A stretch of 64,000 nucleotides of DNA, from positions 66,482-130,481 of IMG/VR virus record IMGVR_UViG_3300027769_001114. The stretch is one strand, 5' to 3'. Positions within the stretch are counted from its first letter, which is position 1; the number at the start of each line of letters is the position of its first letter. The notes beneath the pieces were generated by a model. That model had not been told where the DNA came from and made no database searches. It was given only the letters and a program-made list of their open reading frames with translations. This document shows, in pieces, positions 1 to 9,772 of this stretch. This DNA is from a virus. Position numbers and translations under genes: made by a program.

Positions 1-2
1 GG

Positions 3-419
3 AAGTATCCCCCGGGCTGGGCGTTCGGATACGGATCGGAGTATTGGTCAGAACAACACAATGTCTGGGTCATGTCCGCACCGCCGATCAACCCCGAGAC
101 CATCAGGCACATTGTGTCTGCGCCAAATCACGTCAGGGCGTGGAGGTCGTCTGTCTATAGGGCTCTCGGCGGACACGACACATCCTTGCCAGTTGCCGAT
201 GACTACGACCTGGTCGTGAGGACATTCATCGCAACGAGGTTCGCCCACATCCCAAAGATGCTCTACAAGCAACACATTGGGCCGTCTACGGCGCAACGGG
301 TCAGGAACGGCCAGATACAGCAACTCGTCGCCGAAATATCTGCCAAGTACGACCCATTTATCAGCGAAAGATTTGTACAGCTTGGCCCGATTGACGGCGT
401 TATTGTCAATAATACATAA
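3..419 (+). CDS. glycosyltransferase family 2-like protein, C-terminal part (5' truncated)
   Basis: Frame open from window start; PNHVRAWR..YRALGGHD..LPVADDYDLVVR resembles the GT2 GG..(E/D)DxDL acceptor region. Confidence 0.7.
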   Translation, partial: KYPPGWAFGYGSEYWSEQHNVWVMSAPPINPETIRHIVSAPNHVRAWRSSVYRALGGHDTSLPVADDYDLVVRTFIATRFAHIPKMLYKQHIGPSTAQRVRNGQIQQLVAEISAKYDPFISERFVQLGPIDGVIVNNT

Positions 420-489
420 CCAAGAAACTGATCTAGCCTAGTCGTCTGAAGACCGTCCGCGTTGGGCGACGACCACGGAGAAGCGAAAA

Positions 490-1950
490 ATGGCAAAGTT
501 CCTGACGAGCATTGACCTTCAGAAGAATCAACTGATCAAGGCGAGGATCGAGAACCTTGCGGACGACCCGGGTACGCCGGTCGCTGGTCAGATCTATTTC
601 AATACCGGCTCAAGCCGTTTGCGTTACTACACCGGTTCGGCTTGGATTGAACTTGACTCGGCTGTTGAGTCAATCACGGCAGATGCACCCCTGAGCGTTG
701 AAGTTGAAGGCACTACCGTCACCATCTCTATCTCTGAGGCAAACTCAAGTACTGACGGCTTCATGACCATGGAATACGCCGCCATGCTCACCGACGCCAC
801 CGACGCAAATACCGCCAGCAAGCTCGTCAAGAGGGACTCCAACGGTGACTTTGCGGCCAATATGATCACCGCAGATCTTACGGGTGATGTCACCGGTGAA
901 GTATCGTCACTCGCCAACCACGACACCGACGATCTTGCAGAGGGTACAACCAATCTCTACTACCTTGATACGAGAGTACAGGCCAACAGGCTTGATCAGA
1001 TGGCGGCCCCAACGAGTAGCGTCTCGTTCAATAGTCAGAAGATCACCAGCCTCGCCGATCCGACCAACCCTCAGGATGCCGCCACTAAGGCATATGTTGA
1101 TGCCGCTCGGCAAGGGCTTGATGTCAAGAGGTCAGTCCGCGCTGCCACAACTGGGCCCGTCACATTGGCTACGGCTCTTGAAGCTGGCGACACAATCGAC
1201 ACGAACGTCACTCTTGCCATCGGTGATCGCGTCCTTGTCAAGGATCAGGCAACCGCATCGCAGAACGGTATCTATGTCGTCAAAGCCTCCGGTGCTCCCG
1301 ATAGGGCTACGGATGCCAATGGCACCGCCGACACAGGTACGGTCTCTGGTGGCACATTCACCTTCGTAGAAGAAGGTCTCGTCAACGCCGATAGTGGCTG
1401 GGTTGTTTCAAGTGACGGCCCGATCACCGTTGGCACCAACCCTATGAACTGGGTGCAGTTTTCTGGAGCCGGGCAGATTATTGCTGGTGATGGTCTCACC
1501 AAGGATGGCAATACACTCAATGTTGGTGGAACGACCGACCGTATTACTGTCGGTGCAAACGCCGTGGACATTGCCGGTACGTATGCTGGTCAAAACACAA
1601 TCAGCACCCTCGGCACGATCGTTAATGGTGTTTGGAACGGCACGGCTGTGGCGGTTGCCTACGGTGGAACTGGAGCGTCCACTGCGGCCGACGCTAGGGC
1701 AAACCTTTCGGCTACCACCAAGTACGCCACCAATATCACGGGAACCGGAGCGGCGACAAGCTTCACCATCACTCACTCGCTCAATACGACCGATGTCGTC
1801 GTCATGATCTACGACACCCTCTCGGGTAACAACGATGTCGTCTATGCCGAAGTCAGGATTGCGTCGGTCAACACGATTACCGTCCTGTTCGATCAGGCTC
1901 CAGTTGGCGGCGGAACTCCGCAGACATACAGGGTCGTTGTCGTCGGCTGA
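490..1950 (+). CDS. virion structural / tail fibre-like protein
   Basis: 486 aa, T/G/A/V-rich; GQIYFNT..LRYY, PTNPQDAATKAYVD, GDRVLVKDQ...QNGIY and FTITHSLNT are motifs typical of phage tail fibre proteins. Confidence 0.75.
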   Translation: MAKFLTSIDLQKNQLIKARIENLADDPGTPVAGQIYFNTGSSRLRYYTGSAWIELDSAVESITADAPLSVEVEGTTVTISISEANSSTDGFMTMEYAAMLTDATDANTASKLVKRDSNGDFAANMITADLTGDVTGEVSSLANHDTDDLAEGTTNLYYLDTRVQANRLDQMAAPTSSVSFNSQKITSLADPTNPQDAATKAYVDAARQGLDVKRSVRAATTGPVTLATALEAGDTIDTNVTLAIGDRVLVKDQATASQNGIYVVKASGAPDRATDANGTADTGTVSGGTFTFVEEGLVNADSGWVVSSDGPITVGTNPMNWVQFSGAGQIIAGDGLTKDGNTLNVGGTTDRITVGANAVDIAGTYAGQNTISTLGTIVNGVWNGTAVAVAYGGTGASTAADARANLSATTKYATNITGTGAATSFTITHSLNTTDVVVMIYDTLSGNNDVVYAEVRIASVNTITVLFDQAPVGGGTPQTYRVVVVG

Positions 1951-1959
1951 TAGTGCCGG

Positions 1960-2622
1960 TTAGGCCGTTCCCACTATGAAGTTGCGGTAGTGATCGGCAT
2001 GTCGATCGTCCCACGGGCTGTAACAGAACGAACTGACGATGTGCTTGTCGCCCGATAAGGGGATTCGCCCGCCGTGAGGATAGTTGAACCCGGTTGGGAA
2101 TATGGCGACTCTTCCAGCCCTTGGTCGTACTGCGTATTCGTGTAGGTCAAACCATGTCTCGCCGCCACGTTCAACATCGTTGAGGTACAGAATGACTGCG
2201 ACGACACGTTCGTTCAATGGCGGCATGTCAAATGGGGCCCCGTCAATGTGGCTCAAATAACGCCCTGATCCCTTTTCGTACTTTTGATATTGGTAGCCAG
2301 TGTCGTAACGGTTGATCCAGTTTTGTAGATGGAAAAAACGAGAGCAGTACTCAGTAAGGAGTGGAGAGAGGTGTGAGAACAGAACATCGTTATATGTCCC
2401 AAGTTGGGCTTTCTGATCTCCCTCTGCCCTATTGTTGTAGGCCGAAAGCCATGTGTCTGTTGATCGTTTTACATTCCTGTCGATGCCACCTACCGTCAGC
2501 CCGTCGTACGTCAGGTGCTGATTGGCCTCAATATAGGCAACAATCTCCGCACAGATATCTCGGTCAATCACATTGTCCGCGACGCCGATTGCCGAGGCTA
2601 TTCCCAATGGAAACTCAATCAC
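1960..2622 (-). CDS. 2OG-Fe(II) oxygenase (prolyl 4-hydroxylase-like)
   Basis: HID...ILYLNDVERGGET.F...PHGG...GDK (HxD...H...K); GTG start chosen to abut the upstream gene. Confidence 0.88.
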   Translation of the reverse strand: MIEFPLGIASAIGVADNVIDRDICAEIVAYIEANQHLTYDGLTVGGIDRNVKRSTDTWLSAYNNRAEGDQKAQLGTYNDVLFSHLSPLLTEYCSRFFHLQNWINRYDTGYQYQKYEKGSGRYLSHIDGAPFDMPPLNERVVAVILYLNDVERGGETWFDLHEYAVRPRAGRVAIFPTGFNYPHGGRIPLSGDKHIVSSFCYSPWDDRHADHYRNFIVGTA

Positions 2623-3400
2623 GGCCGCCTTCTTTCTCGGCAATCTCCGCGTCCACTTTGACTTTGTGCATACGATATGGACGCGCTGTCGACCCGCCCG
2701 ATGGGTGAAGCGAACCATTACCAAAACCCCTGCCCGCCAACAACCTGTGATATTCAGGCCCGCCAAAGATTATTTTGTTCGTGTCAGCAGAACGCTTAAA
2801 GGGAATGAGGTGCGCAATCGGATACCCATAAGGTATTGAGAAGTCCTCCCCTGCAAGAGGATTTAGAACCACATTCATAGTGTGGTAGAAGTCGGTATGA
2901 ATAACAGCCGGAGTGACGGTGAAGTTTGGTGACGGCTCGTACAGATTGGGCAGGATGATCGTTGACCAGCCTGGTGCAGTTCTAAAGTAGTACGGCGTTA
3001 CAATCTTTGGATAGAAAGACTCTTCTACCTGTCTTACCGAGGTCATCGGACACTTCCCGGTCTGCTCGTGGGCAAATGATCGCACGTAAAACTCGTACTG
3101 ATCCTTACTGGCCTCGGTCTCTGAAAAGTTGTCCCAGTTGACGGACCAGTCATTTCCCTCGGGAGACAACTTCATCCTGATATTCGTCCATAGTGGCAAT
3201 GTGACACCCATCGCCATGTAATCAGAAATACCAGCACAACGCCTGACGGAGCCAGGGAACTTTCCGATTGACCTGAACCATGATGGTGGTCTTGAGAGTT
3301 CGTTCACGAACGGTGGCATTTCAAGCAACCTGTCGTCGTGGTAACTAATAAACAACTCCCCAGGCTTAATCTTCATGCCTGAGTAGCGTGGTCGTGGCAT
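2615..3400 (-). CDS. conserved phage hypothetical protein
   Basis: P.WF, RRCAGI.DY, TAPGWS, PAVIHTD and GYPIAHLIPFKR recall proteins found in phage oxygenase clusters; coupled to neighbours. Confidence 0.6.
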   Translation of the reverse strand: MPRPRYSGMKIKPGELFISYHDDRLLEMPPFVNELSRPPSWFRSIGKFPGSVRRCAGISDYMAMGVTLPLWTNIRMKLSPEGNDWSVNWDNFSETEASKDQYEFYVRSFAHEQTGKCPMTSVRQVEESFYPKIVTPYYFRTAPGWSTIILPNLYEPSPNFTVTPAVIHTDFYHTMNVVLNPLAGEDFSIPYGYPIAHLIPFKRSADTNKIIFGGPEYHRLLAGRGFGNGSLHPSGGSTARPYRMHKVKVDAEIAEKEGGRD

Positions 3401-3401
3401 C

Positions 3402-4889
3402 TCAGTTCGTTGTTTCGAGGAGCGCCTGAGCGTGGTCAACCAACTCATGTGAGTACCTTTCTCTGCGTCGTTCATTCATGTCGTAGTCAACTCGCTGACG
3501 CAACCCCATGTTGTGTATTGCGAGTCCTGCCGCCTCGGGGTTCAATAGACCCTGCCCCTGAGCAACATGGAAAAAGTGAGGGGCGAGGAACATTTGCCCG
3601 TTTTCGTGTGGGACATCCATTCTTGACGGCGTCCTCTCGGACCACAACTCTAGGAGCTCAGCAAGTGTGTCGTTAATCGGCATCTCCGAGCAGGCACGCC
3701 AGAACGGAGTGTGTGCGTTATCGGACATGTAGTGCATCCTGATCATCGTGAGGATGTTGTCCATCATTGCGTCCATGTCGGAGTTGTACTTCTTTTGCAT
3801 TGCTTTGTTACCTGGCTTGTAGGCAGCGACCGATGGTATGAGAAGCCTCAGTTGTTGAATAGTCGAACCTATTGAGGTTGCCTCTAGAGGTTCAACGAAC
3901 GACGAAGCTAGACCGATGGCGCAACAGTTGTTAGCCCAAGAACCCTTCATGTAGCCAGGATCAAACTTGAACCGCCTAGCCGGCACGACACCACGACCCA
4001 CGACGGAGGCAACCTCGTCAACAGCCTGCTCCTCCGTCAAGAAGGCGGAGCTATAGACATACCCGTTCCCTCTTCTCTCTTGTGTCGGTATCTCCCAAAC
4101 CCAACCGGAGGACATTGCTCTCGCTCTTGTGTACGGACGTATCTGCCCAGAAGGGTCGGAGAGCGTTGGGAAGGCAATAGCAGAGTCGCATAGGAGATAC
4201 TTGCTAAAGGATTGCCACTCCGCAGTCTCGTACTTGCTTATCAAGACGCGAGAAAAACCGGATGCGTCTATCCAGAAATCTGCCTCCACATCCGCGTCAT
4301 TTACGGTCACAGAAGTGATGTTGTTGGAGTCAGGGTCGAATGAGATCTCGCCGACATCGCCGTCCACAAACCGTATCTGTCTCACGACGCACAGTTCGGT
4401 GAAGTATGAGTTCAGCTTGAAAGTGTCAAAGTGGAACTGATTAGTGTTCCCGTGGAGGTTTTCCCTCCTGATCTGATTCCTGACAAGGCCGATTGACGAT
4501 GTCTGACTTGTCAGCGATTGTCCGGCCTCCAAGAAACCCATATAGGTTGCGAACAACTGAAAAGCGTAGATTGTCTCGTCGCCCGAGACGCTGTGAAAGT
4601 AGTCGGGAAAGGTACTTGACCATCCCTCAAACCTGATCCCGTACTTGTGGGTCGCCCCCGTCTTGGCAATCATTTCATGCACGGGTATGCGGCAGGTATC
4701 CATGAACTGCTTCCAATGCTCAGTACTTCCCTCGCCGACGCCAACAATACCGATGGTGCTCGACGAGACAACGGTGATGTCGGAGTTTGGGAAGGCGACC
4801 CTGAGCATGAGGGCGGATATAAGACCGGCTGTTCCTGAGCCGACTATTGCGAACGAGATTGGTGCTTCGGTCTCTACTTCTTTATACAT
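3402..4889 (-). CDS. flavin-dependent halogenase (tryptophan halogenase family)
   Basis: GSGTAG FAD motif, GVGEGS, ATHKYGIRF (catalytic Lys position), GWVWEIP (WxWxIP), FVEPLEATSI. Confidence 0.92.
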   Translation of the reverse strand: MYKEVETEAPISFAIVGSGTAGLISALMLRVAFPNSDITVVSSSTIGIVGVGEGSTEHWKQFMDTCRIPVHEMIAKTGATHKYGIRFEGWSSTFPDYFHSVSGDETIYAFQLFATYMGFLEAGQSLTSQTSSIGLVRNQIRRENLHGNTNQFHFDTFKLNSYFTELCVVRQIRFVDGDVGEISFDPDSNNITSVTVNDADVEADFWIDASGFSRVLISKYETAEWQSFSKYLLCDSAIAFPTLSDPSGQIRPYTRARAMSSGWVWEIPTQERRGNGYVYSSAFLTEEQAVDEVASVVGRGVVPARRFKFDPGYMKGSWANNCCAIGLASSFVEPLEATSIGSTIQQLRLLIPSVAAYKPGNKAMQKKYNSDMDAMMDNILTMIRMHYMSDNAHTPFWRACSEMPINDTLAELLELWSERTPSRMDVPHENGQMFLAPHFFHVAQGQGLLNPEAAGLAIHNMGLRQRVDYDMNERRRERYSHELVDHAQALLETTN

Positions 4890-5575
4890 ATTGTTTGTGC
4901 TATGAAACCCGGGAGGTGATACATCAGCACATCCCCTCTTTCTCTTATTTCTGAGTGTATGTGGTGCGACAATGATTCGTCAAGTGCCGTGTACAGTTCG
5001 CCACCATTACCAGAGTTCTGTAGAACCATGACCTTGCCCTGTGGGAGAGCGTCAATGATTGCGTGAAGCAGTTGCTGATCGCAGGCAACCATATGTAGCA
5101 AGACTTGCGCATAGTCAAACTCAACAAGACCGTCAACTAATGCCTCATACGTTGTCATCTCCACATTTGGGATGAGTGAGGTGTCGCAGTACCTCTCCAT
5201 GAGTTTGGTCTGAAGGTTAGACGGAGTGACAACCTGATTCACGACATTTGCCACGATTGCAATCGTCCCGGGTGCCCCAATGATGAGAGCCCTAGTCCCC
5301 TTGCCGAGCATGGCGAACATCTCTTCAAGGAGGTTCAGTCCGTCCATGAAGGGGGCAAACGACTCCCCGCCCTCTGTCCCCATGAGGGAGGCCAGATAGA
5401 ACTCGTCACTACCTTGCAACACCCTTTGGTCAACCCCGGTTGAGAGCCATTCTCCGTGAACAATCTGGCAGAAGTCAATCAAGGATTGTTGAGTTGGGAA
5501 CGCGTTCGGACGCCCGACCCTTGTGCTCTGTTCAAGAACCTGCTCCATGGTCACTACGGTCATTGGCTTGGTCAT
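4874..5575 (-). CDS. divergent class I SAM-methyltransferase-like protein
   Basis: RALIIGAPG (motif I-like), FDYAQV, DALPQGKVMVL (LxPGGxL-like); degenerate. Confidence 0.4.
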   Translation of the reverse strand: MTKPMTVVTMEQVLEQSTRVGRPNAFPTQQSLIDFCQIVHGEWLSTGVDQRVLQGSDEFYLASLMGTEGGESFAPFMDGLNLLEEMFAMLGKGTRALIIGAPGTIAIVANVVNQVVTPSNLQTKLMERYCDTSLIPNVEMTTYEALVDGLVEFDYAQVLLHMVACDQQLLHAIIDALPQGKVMVLQNSGNGGELYTALDESLSHHIHSEIRERGDVLMYHLPGFIAQTICIKK

Positions 5576-5805
5576 GAGGCACTCCCGTTCAGATGTTGAA
5601 TCATCGTAAGAACATAGATGATGTTCCTAAGTTCTACTTTTGCTCGACGCAACTCTCCACCAGTTAGGTAGGTGTTAAGGCCGTCCCTGATAGTTGTGTA
5701 GTTATCAGCGGTGATCGCTGTTTCGTCAACCATGGCTAGATCACATAGATACGCAACCCTGGCCGCAACATACTTCATGTGCGATGCCTCGTCATGCTCA
5801 ATCAT
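5572..5805 (-). CDS. hypothetical protein
   Basis: Coupled small ORF in operon, GAGGGGGAG upstream. Confidence 0.6.
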   Translation of the reverse strand: MIEHDEASHMKYVAARVAYLCDLAMVDETAITADNYTTIRDGLNTYLTGGELRRAKVELRNIIYVLTMIQHLNGSAS

Positions 5806-6004
5806 CAGACTCCCCCTCAATGATCATTGGGCCAAGTGTGTCAAACACCGAACACCCTGAGATGCCACCTCCAGCGGCCCAGTTTATGAGCCTAAGTTTT
5901 GGCCCCGACGCTTCAATGTAGTACTGATCTTCGTCTGATGTTTCCCCACCGTTCGGTGACGCTGGCAGTCCTGGCATGATTGGTGTATCGCTCATAGTCA
6001 TCAT
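5798..6004 (-). CDS. small hypothetical protein
   Basis: Fills the gap between operon genes. Confidence 0.5.
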   Translation of the reverse strand: MMTMSDTPIMPGLPASPNGGETSDEDQYYIEASGPKLRLINWAAGGGISGCSVFDTLGPMIIEGESDD

Positions 6005-6005
6005 C

Positions 6006-6584
6006 CTAGTGATACCAGGTGACAAGTGAGTACTTTGTCCCCTCGGTCGGGCCAGCAGTATGAGCATAGGGAAAGTTTGACGGGAACATCACAACCCTTC
6101 CTGTCTCGCACGGAACGGACACGTCAAAGTACGGGAAGGTGAGTTCGCCTCCCGTCCCCGAGTTGGACAAGTAAGCAACGCAACTGAATGTTCTTTCGTT
6201 GCCGGGGTAGTGGTCATGGTGTGTCCTGTACTCTCCCCCGGGCAAATACTTGAGAACCCTCCAGCCCTCATGAGGGGCTTGATGTATTGAGTGGTACGCA
6301 ATGAAGTCAGATACACACCGTTCCACTACAGAGAGAACATCTTTTGAGAAAGTCTCCATGATGGGCGAGGTCGGGTTGGGGCTCATTATCGGGAGCAGTA
6401 AGCACTCCTTGGACGAACGGTATTCGGAGACCGTCCCTTTTCCGGTGCGGGCTTCGTCCCATGACAGCCTGCTCCATTCGTCGGAGCACTCGTCCTCGAG
6501 CATCTTGATAAACGCCGACGAGTTCATGTCTGTGTCGTAGACATGTATTCCCGGTGCTGGCCTATCAAAAGCCTTGAACATCAA
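6006..6584 (-). CDS. 2OG-Fe(II) oxygenase (prolyl 4-hydroxylase-like)
   Basis: LKYLPGGEYRTHHD, AYLS..GTGGEL.F, FPSNFPYAH, GTKYS. Confidence 0.9.
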   Translation of the reverse strand: MMFKAFDRPAPGIHVYDTDMNSSAFIKMLEDECSDEWSRLSWDEARTGKGTVSEYRSSKECLLLPIMSPNPTSPIMETFSKDVLSVVERCVSDFIAYHSIHQAPHEGWRVLKYLPGGEYRTHHDHYPGNERTFSCVAYLSNSGTGGELTFPYFDVSVPCETGRVVMFPSNFPYAHTAGPTEGTKYSLVTWYH

Positions 6585-6993
6585 AATCCCCCCCTATGCC
6601 CATTGGTTCACCGTTAATCACAACATCACAACTATGGGTCCCCGTATGTTCGGTTAGGAACACCCACCTTGCGTGGTGTACCTCTTTCACCAAAGGCTGA
6701 AGTACTTGCGTACCCATTGGTGATACAACCTCAAGGACAACCCGTTCATTTCTCATATTGACAAACTCATCGTCGTACATCACGACATGGTGCAACCCAA
6801 TCGTAACTGCCTCTCTCATGAAAAACTTTTTGATTGACGGTATGGAGACTACGCACGGCGTCGATGGATCATTGACTTGATGTGCGTAGGAATCCGTCAA
6901 CCCAACAACCATGGGCATCATGAGTCTTGATGCAAGTTCAACATTGTCTGCGTTCCCGTCCTCCCCTTCGGGAACGTACAGGTAACGGAGCAT
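6565..6993 (-). CDS. hypothetical protein
   Basis: 142-aa ORF coupled to both neighbours. Confidence 0.65.
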   Translation of the reverse strand: MLRYLYVPEGEDGNADNVELASRLMMPMVVGLTDSYAHQVNDPSTPCVVSIPSIKKFFMREAVTIGLHHVVMYDDEFVNMRNERVVLEVVSPMGTQVLQPLVKEVHHARWVFLTEHTGTHSCDVVINGEPMGIGGDFDVQGF

Positions 6994-7241
6994 TACTGAG
7001 TCTCGCCGAGTGCTTCCAGTTTGTCTGACATTTGAGTGATCAGATTCAGGATCTGAGGTATTCGTGTCTCCGCATATGGATGGCTGGGTGGATTTGATGG
7101 GGTAAACGACGAGTAGTCGTAGGTGTCGGGGTCAATCCCCATTTCGAGTGAACGTTCGTAGAGTTCTGCCTCAAGGCGGACAAGAGCGTTCTCGAGGAAT
7201 ATCTTCTTTTGAGCATTAGAGATGTTTGTACGGAATCCCAT
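6993..7241 (-). CDS. hypothetical protein
   Basis: 82-aa ORF, AAAGGGA upstream. Confidence 0.65.
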   Translation of the reverse strand: MGFRTNISNAQKKIFLENALVRLEAELYERSLEMGIDPDTYDYSSFTPSNPPSHPYAETRIPQILNLITQMSDKLEALGETQ

Positions 7242-7252
7242 ATCGTCCCTTT

Positions 7253-9082
7253 CTAGGCGTTCAGTATGAGGTAACTATACCCGTCGGAAGATGTCCTGAC
7301 GGTCTCGTCGGCGCCACCCGTAGCACCCTTACTGACATTGTACGAGATGCTCGGCGTTGTTTCGGTAACGACAATAATACCACCGCCACCACCCTTTCCG
7401 CCAGTGTTTCCAGTTGCGCCGGAGTTACCTACTCCTCCGGTGCCGCCAACGTTGCCCGTTGCGCCAGGGTTGCCCGCCGCTCCAGGGTTGCCCGAGTTGC
7501 CTTGGGTGGCATTACCACGATTTCCCGCTGCACCACCAGCGCCCCCATTGCCACCCGGATAAGTGGTCGGAGGGTTGGCATGATGGTGTACGGCGGGGGC
7601 ATTATGGTAGAGACCTGTTGGCACCCAGTGTGGACCATGGTTTGAGTTTGAGAGAGAAACTTCAATGTACTGAGTGGAGTGCGACCCGATCGTGGCGTTA
7701 TGGTAATGGTGGTAGTGATGCGGGCCGTGGTGCGCTGGACCACCCTGTGTGATGTGGTGGTTGTGGCCGTGCGGGCCGTCATGGTGCGGGTTATGACTAT
7801 GACCCGTATGGTGATGGGCCGCTGCAATGGAGTGATCTGCGGCAGGGTTATGAACCCCATGATTGTGGCTTTTTGAGGCTTTGTGGACATCGTGCTGATA
7901 TGTCCCAAAGTGGACATGCTGCCCCGTGCCGTAGTTTGCGTTATATACGGTATGTATTGCCCTATGGGGGTTGCTGACGCTGTCAGGGTTTGCATGGGTA
8001 AGGGCCGGCGCAGCAGCGCCAGTATTGCCTGCGCTACCAAAACCACCAGGGATTCCATGATTCCCAGGACTGCCGGCATTGCCGGGACTTCCTGCTGAGC
8101 CGGGACTTCCTGCTGAGCCGGGACTTCCTGCTGAGCCAAGCTGCCCACCCAACCCCGTTACCCCGTTGCCGCCGAGTGAGACTATGGACCCAGAGCCAAC
8201 GATGCTCTTCGCCACAACGATGACAATCCCCCCACCAATACCACCGTTGCCACCGGCACCACCTAGTCCGCCAGAACCACCTGAGCCACCGGCACCACCT
8301 GGGCCACCGGCACCACCGGCACCACCGTTACCACGCGCACCACCAGGTCCAGGGTTTCCAGCGTTGCCCGCCGTGCCCGAGTTGCCCGAATAGCCCCTGC
8401 CACCCTCAGCACCAACCGTGTTTGCGTTAGGCCCATACGAACCAGGATTACCGGCACTTCCTGCACCACCTGCGCCACCCGGATTACTAGGGTTCGCTGT
8501 CCCTGCATTTCCATTCGCCCCAGTGTTTCCCGCCGCCCCCGTAGTGCCCGGGGCACCCGATGCACCAGGGTTGCCCGATGCCCCCGTGTTCCCCTGTCCC
8601 CCAGAGACCCCGCCATTGAAGCCGACGGGGCTTGTTGTGGCCTTGACGATCAGTCCCCTAACCGCCATTGGTATATTGCCGTTAATAATCGACGTACCGT
8701 CTGTCGGAGTAACGGCGGTTCCGCCCGCAGGCACAGCACCGAGACCACCGATCCTGTATGTGATCGCACCGCCAGGAGAGTGAGTTCCGTTGACCGTACC
8801 CGCAGTCACCGCACTCGGTGCAGATATTGAGCCACCCGAAAATGTACCGATACCCACAAAACCACCACTAGCAATAGTGATACTCGTCTTACAAAAGACC
8901 CTGAAACCGTTTGTGTGGAGAAACGCGCCGTTCGGGACGGTAAGTACGTCGTAGTACATGTCCCGAGTCAATGTTGTTGTACCTGCCGAGAGTGTGACCG
9001 TGCCGTCTTGACCGTTGCCATAGACGGAGTCGTTACCAATCCTCTGTACTGTTTTTATGTTGTACCTATCAACGGCAGACAT
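7253..9082 (-). CDS. Gly-X-X repeat fibre-like protein with His-rich insert
   Basis: Long GNTGASGNPG-type tracts; about 36 His in about 145 aa; N-terminus paralogous to 9086-9772. Confidence 0.85.
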   Translation of the reverse strand: MSAVDRYNIKTVQRIGNDSVYGNGQDGTVTLSAGTTTLTRDMYYDVLTVPNGAFLHTNGFRVFCKTSITIASGGFVGIGTFSGGSISAPSAVTAGTVNGTHSPGGAITYRIGGLGAVPAGGTAVTPTDGTSIINGNIPMAVRGLIVKATTSPVGFNGGVSGGQGNTGASGNPGASGAPGTTGAAGNTGANGNAGTANPSNPGGAGGAGSAGNPGSYGPNANTVGAEGGRGYSGNSGTAGNAGNPGPGGARGNGGAGGAGGPGGAGGSGGSGGLGGAGGNGGIGGGIVIVVAKSIVGSGSIVSLGGNGVTGLGGQLGSAGSPGSAGSPGSAGSPGNAGSPGNHGIPGGFGSAGNTGAAAPALTHANPDSVSNPHRAIHTVYNANYGTGQHVHFGTYQHDVHKASKSHNHGVHNPAADHSIAAAHHHTGHSHNPHHDGPHGHNHHITQGGPAHHGPHHYHHYHNATIGSHSTQYIEVSLSNSNHGPHWVPTGLYHNAPAVHHHANPPTTYPGGNGGAGGAAGNRGNATQGNSGNPGAAGNPGATGNVGGTGGVGNSGATGNTGGKGGGGGIIVVTETTPSISYNVSKGATGGADETVRTSSDGYSYLILNA

Positions 9083-9085
9083 CGG

Positions 9086-9772
9086 TTACACCAACTGTAT
9101 GTACTTTGACGTGCCGGCAGACCCCGTGCCATTGCCAGCCACATCAGTATCAACATTTGATGGCAACGATGGCCTTGAGGAGACGATGATTATGGCACCT
9201 CCACCAGCATTGGCAGATCCTCCGGGCGCGGCGAACTTGGCGTTTGTTGAAGTAGCCGTACAGGCGATGTACCTAGCGGCGACTATAACGATACCCCCAC
9301 CTACACCGGTCGAGCCACCCGCACCACCCCTAAGCCAGGTGATACCTGTCGGAGTTACTGAGTAACCAAGGACGGCCTGATTTGCTTGGTCGTACCATTG
9401 GGTTCCCCCAACCGCCGCGGTTGGAGCGGGGGCGGTATATGTTCCGCCACTCCCTGTACCACCAAGACTTGAGGTCACAGATGTTGTGACTGCACCCCCA
9501 CCATAGATAGAGCCGACCGCGGAGGAGCCGGTGGTAAAGCCGATTACTGTTGCATTACCAAGAGTAAGCAGGCCTTTCACAAACAGCCTGTAAGCACCCG
9601 TATTGAGTGTGATTGAACTGTTCACCGTCAGGTTGTTGTAGAACATATCCCTTGTCATGGTCGTGTTCGTGCTGATGGTGACATTGCCATCCGAGCCTGA
9701 CCCATATACAACGTCCGGTGCGTCAAGAAAGGCGGCGAGGGTGTTTGAGCCGTACCTGGCTAAGGCTGGCAT
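9086..9772 (-). CDS. Gly-rich virion/fibre-like protein
   Basis: YGSGSDGNVT...TRDMFYNNLTV...LNTGAYRLFVK; GGGIVIVAA; short paralog of the 609-aa protein. Confidence 0.75.
   Translation of the reverse strand: MPALARYGSNTLAAFLDAPDVVYGSGSDGNVTISTNTTMTRDMFYNNLTVNSSITLNTGAYRLFVKGLLTLGNATVIGFTTGSSAVGSIYGGGAVTTSVTSSLGGTGSGGTYTAPAPTAAVGGTQWYDQANQAVLGYSVTPTGITWLRGGAGGSTGVGGGIVIVAARYIACTATSTNAKFAAPGGSANAGGGAIIIVSSRPSLPSNVDTDVAGNGTGSAGTSKYIQLV

Noticed and set aside
5798-6004. RiPP precursor peptide for the halogenase cluster
   Set aside because: No recognisable leader, repeated core, dedicated peptidase or exporter; cannot be supported from sequence
7226-8783. Pro-rich plus-strand ORFs
   Set aside because: Antisense shadows of the Gly-X-X gene
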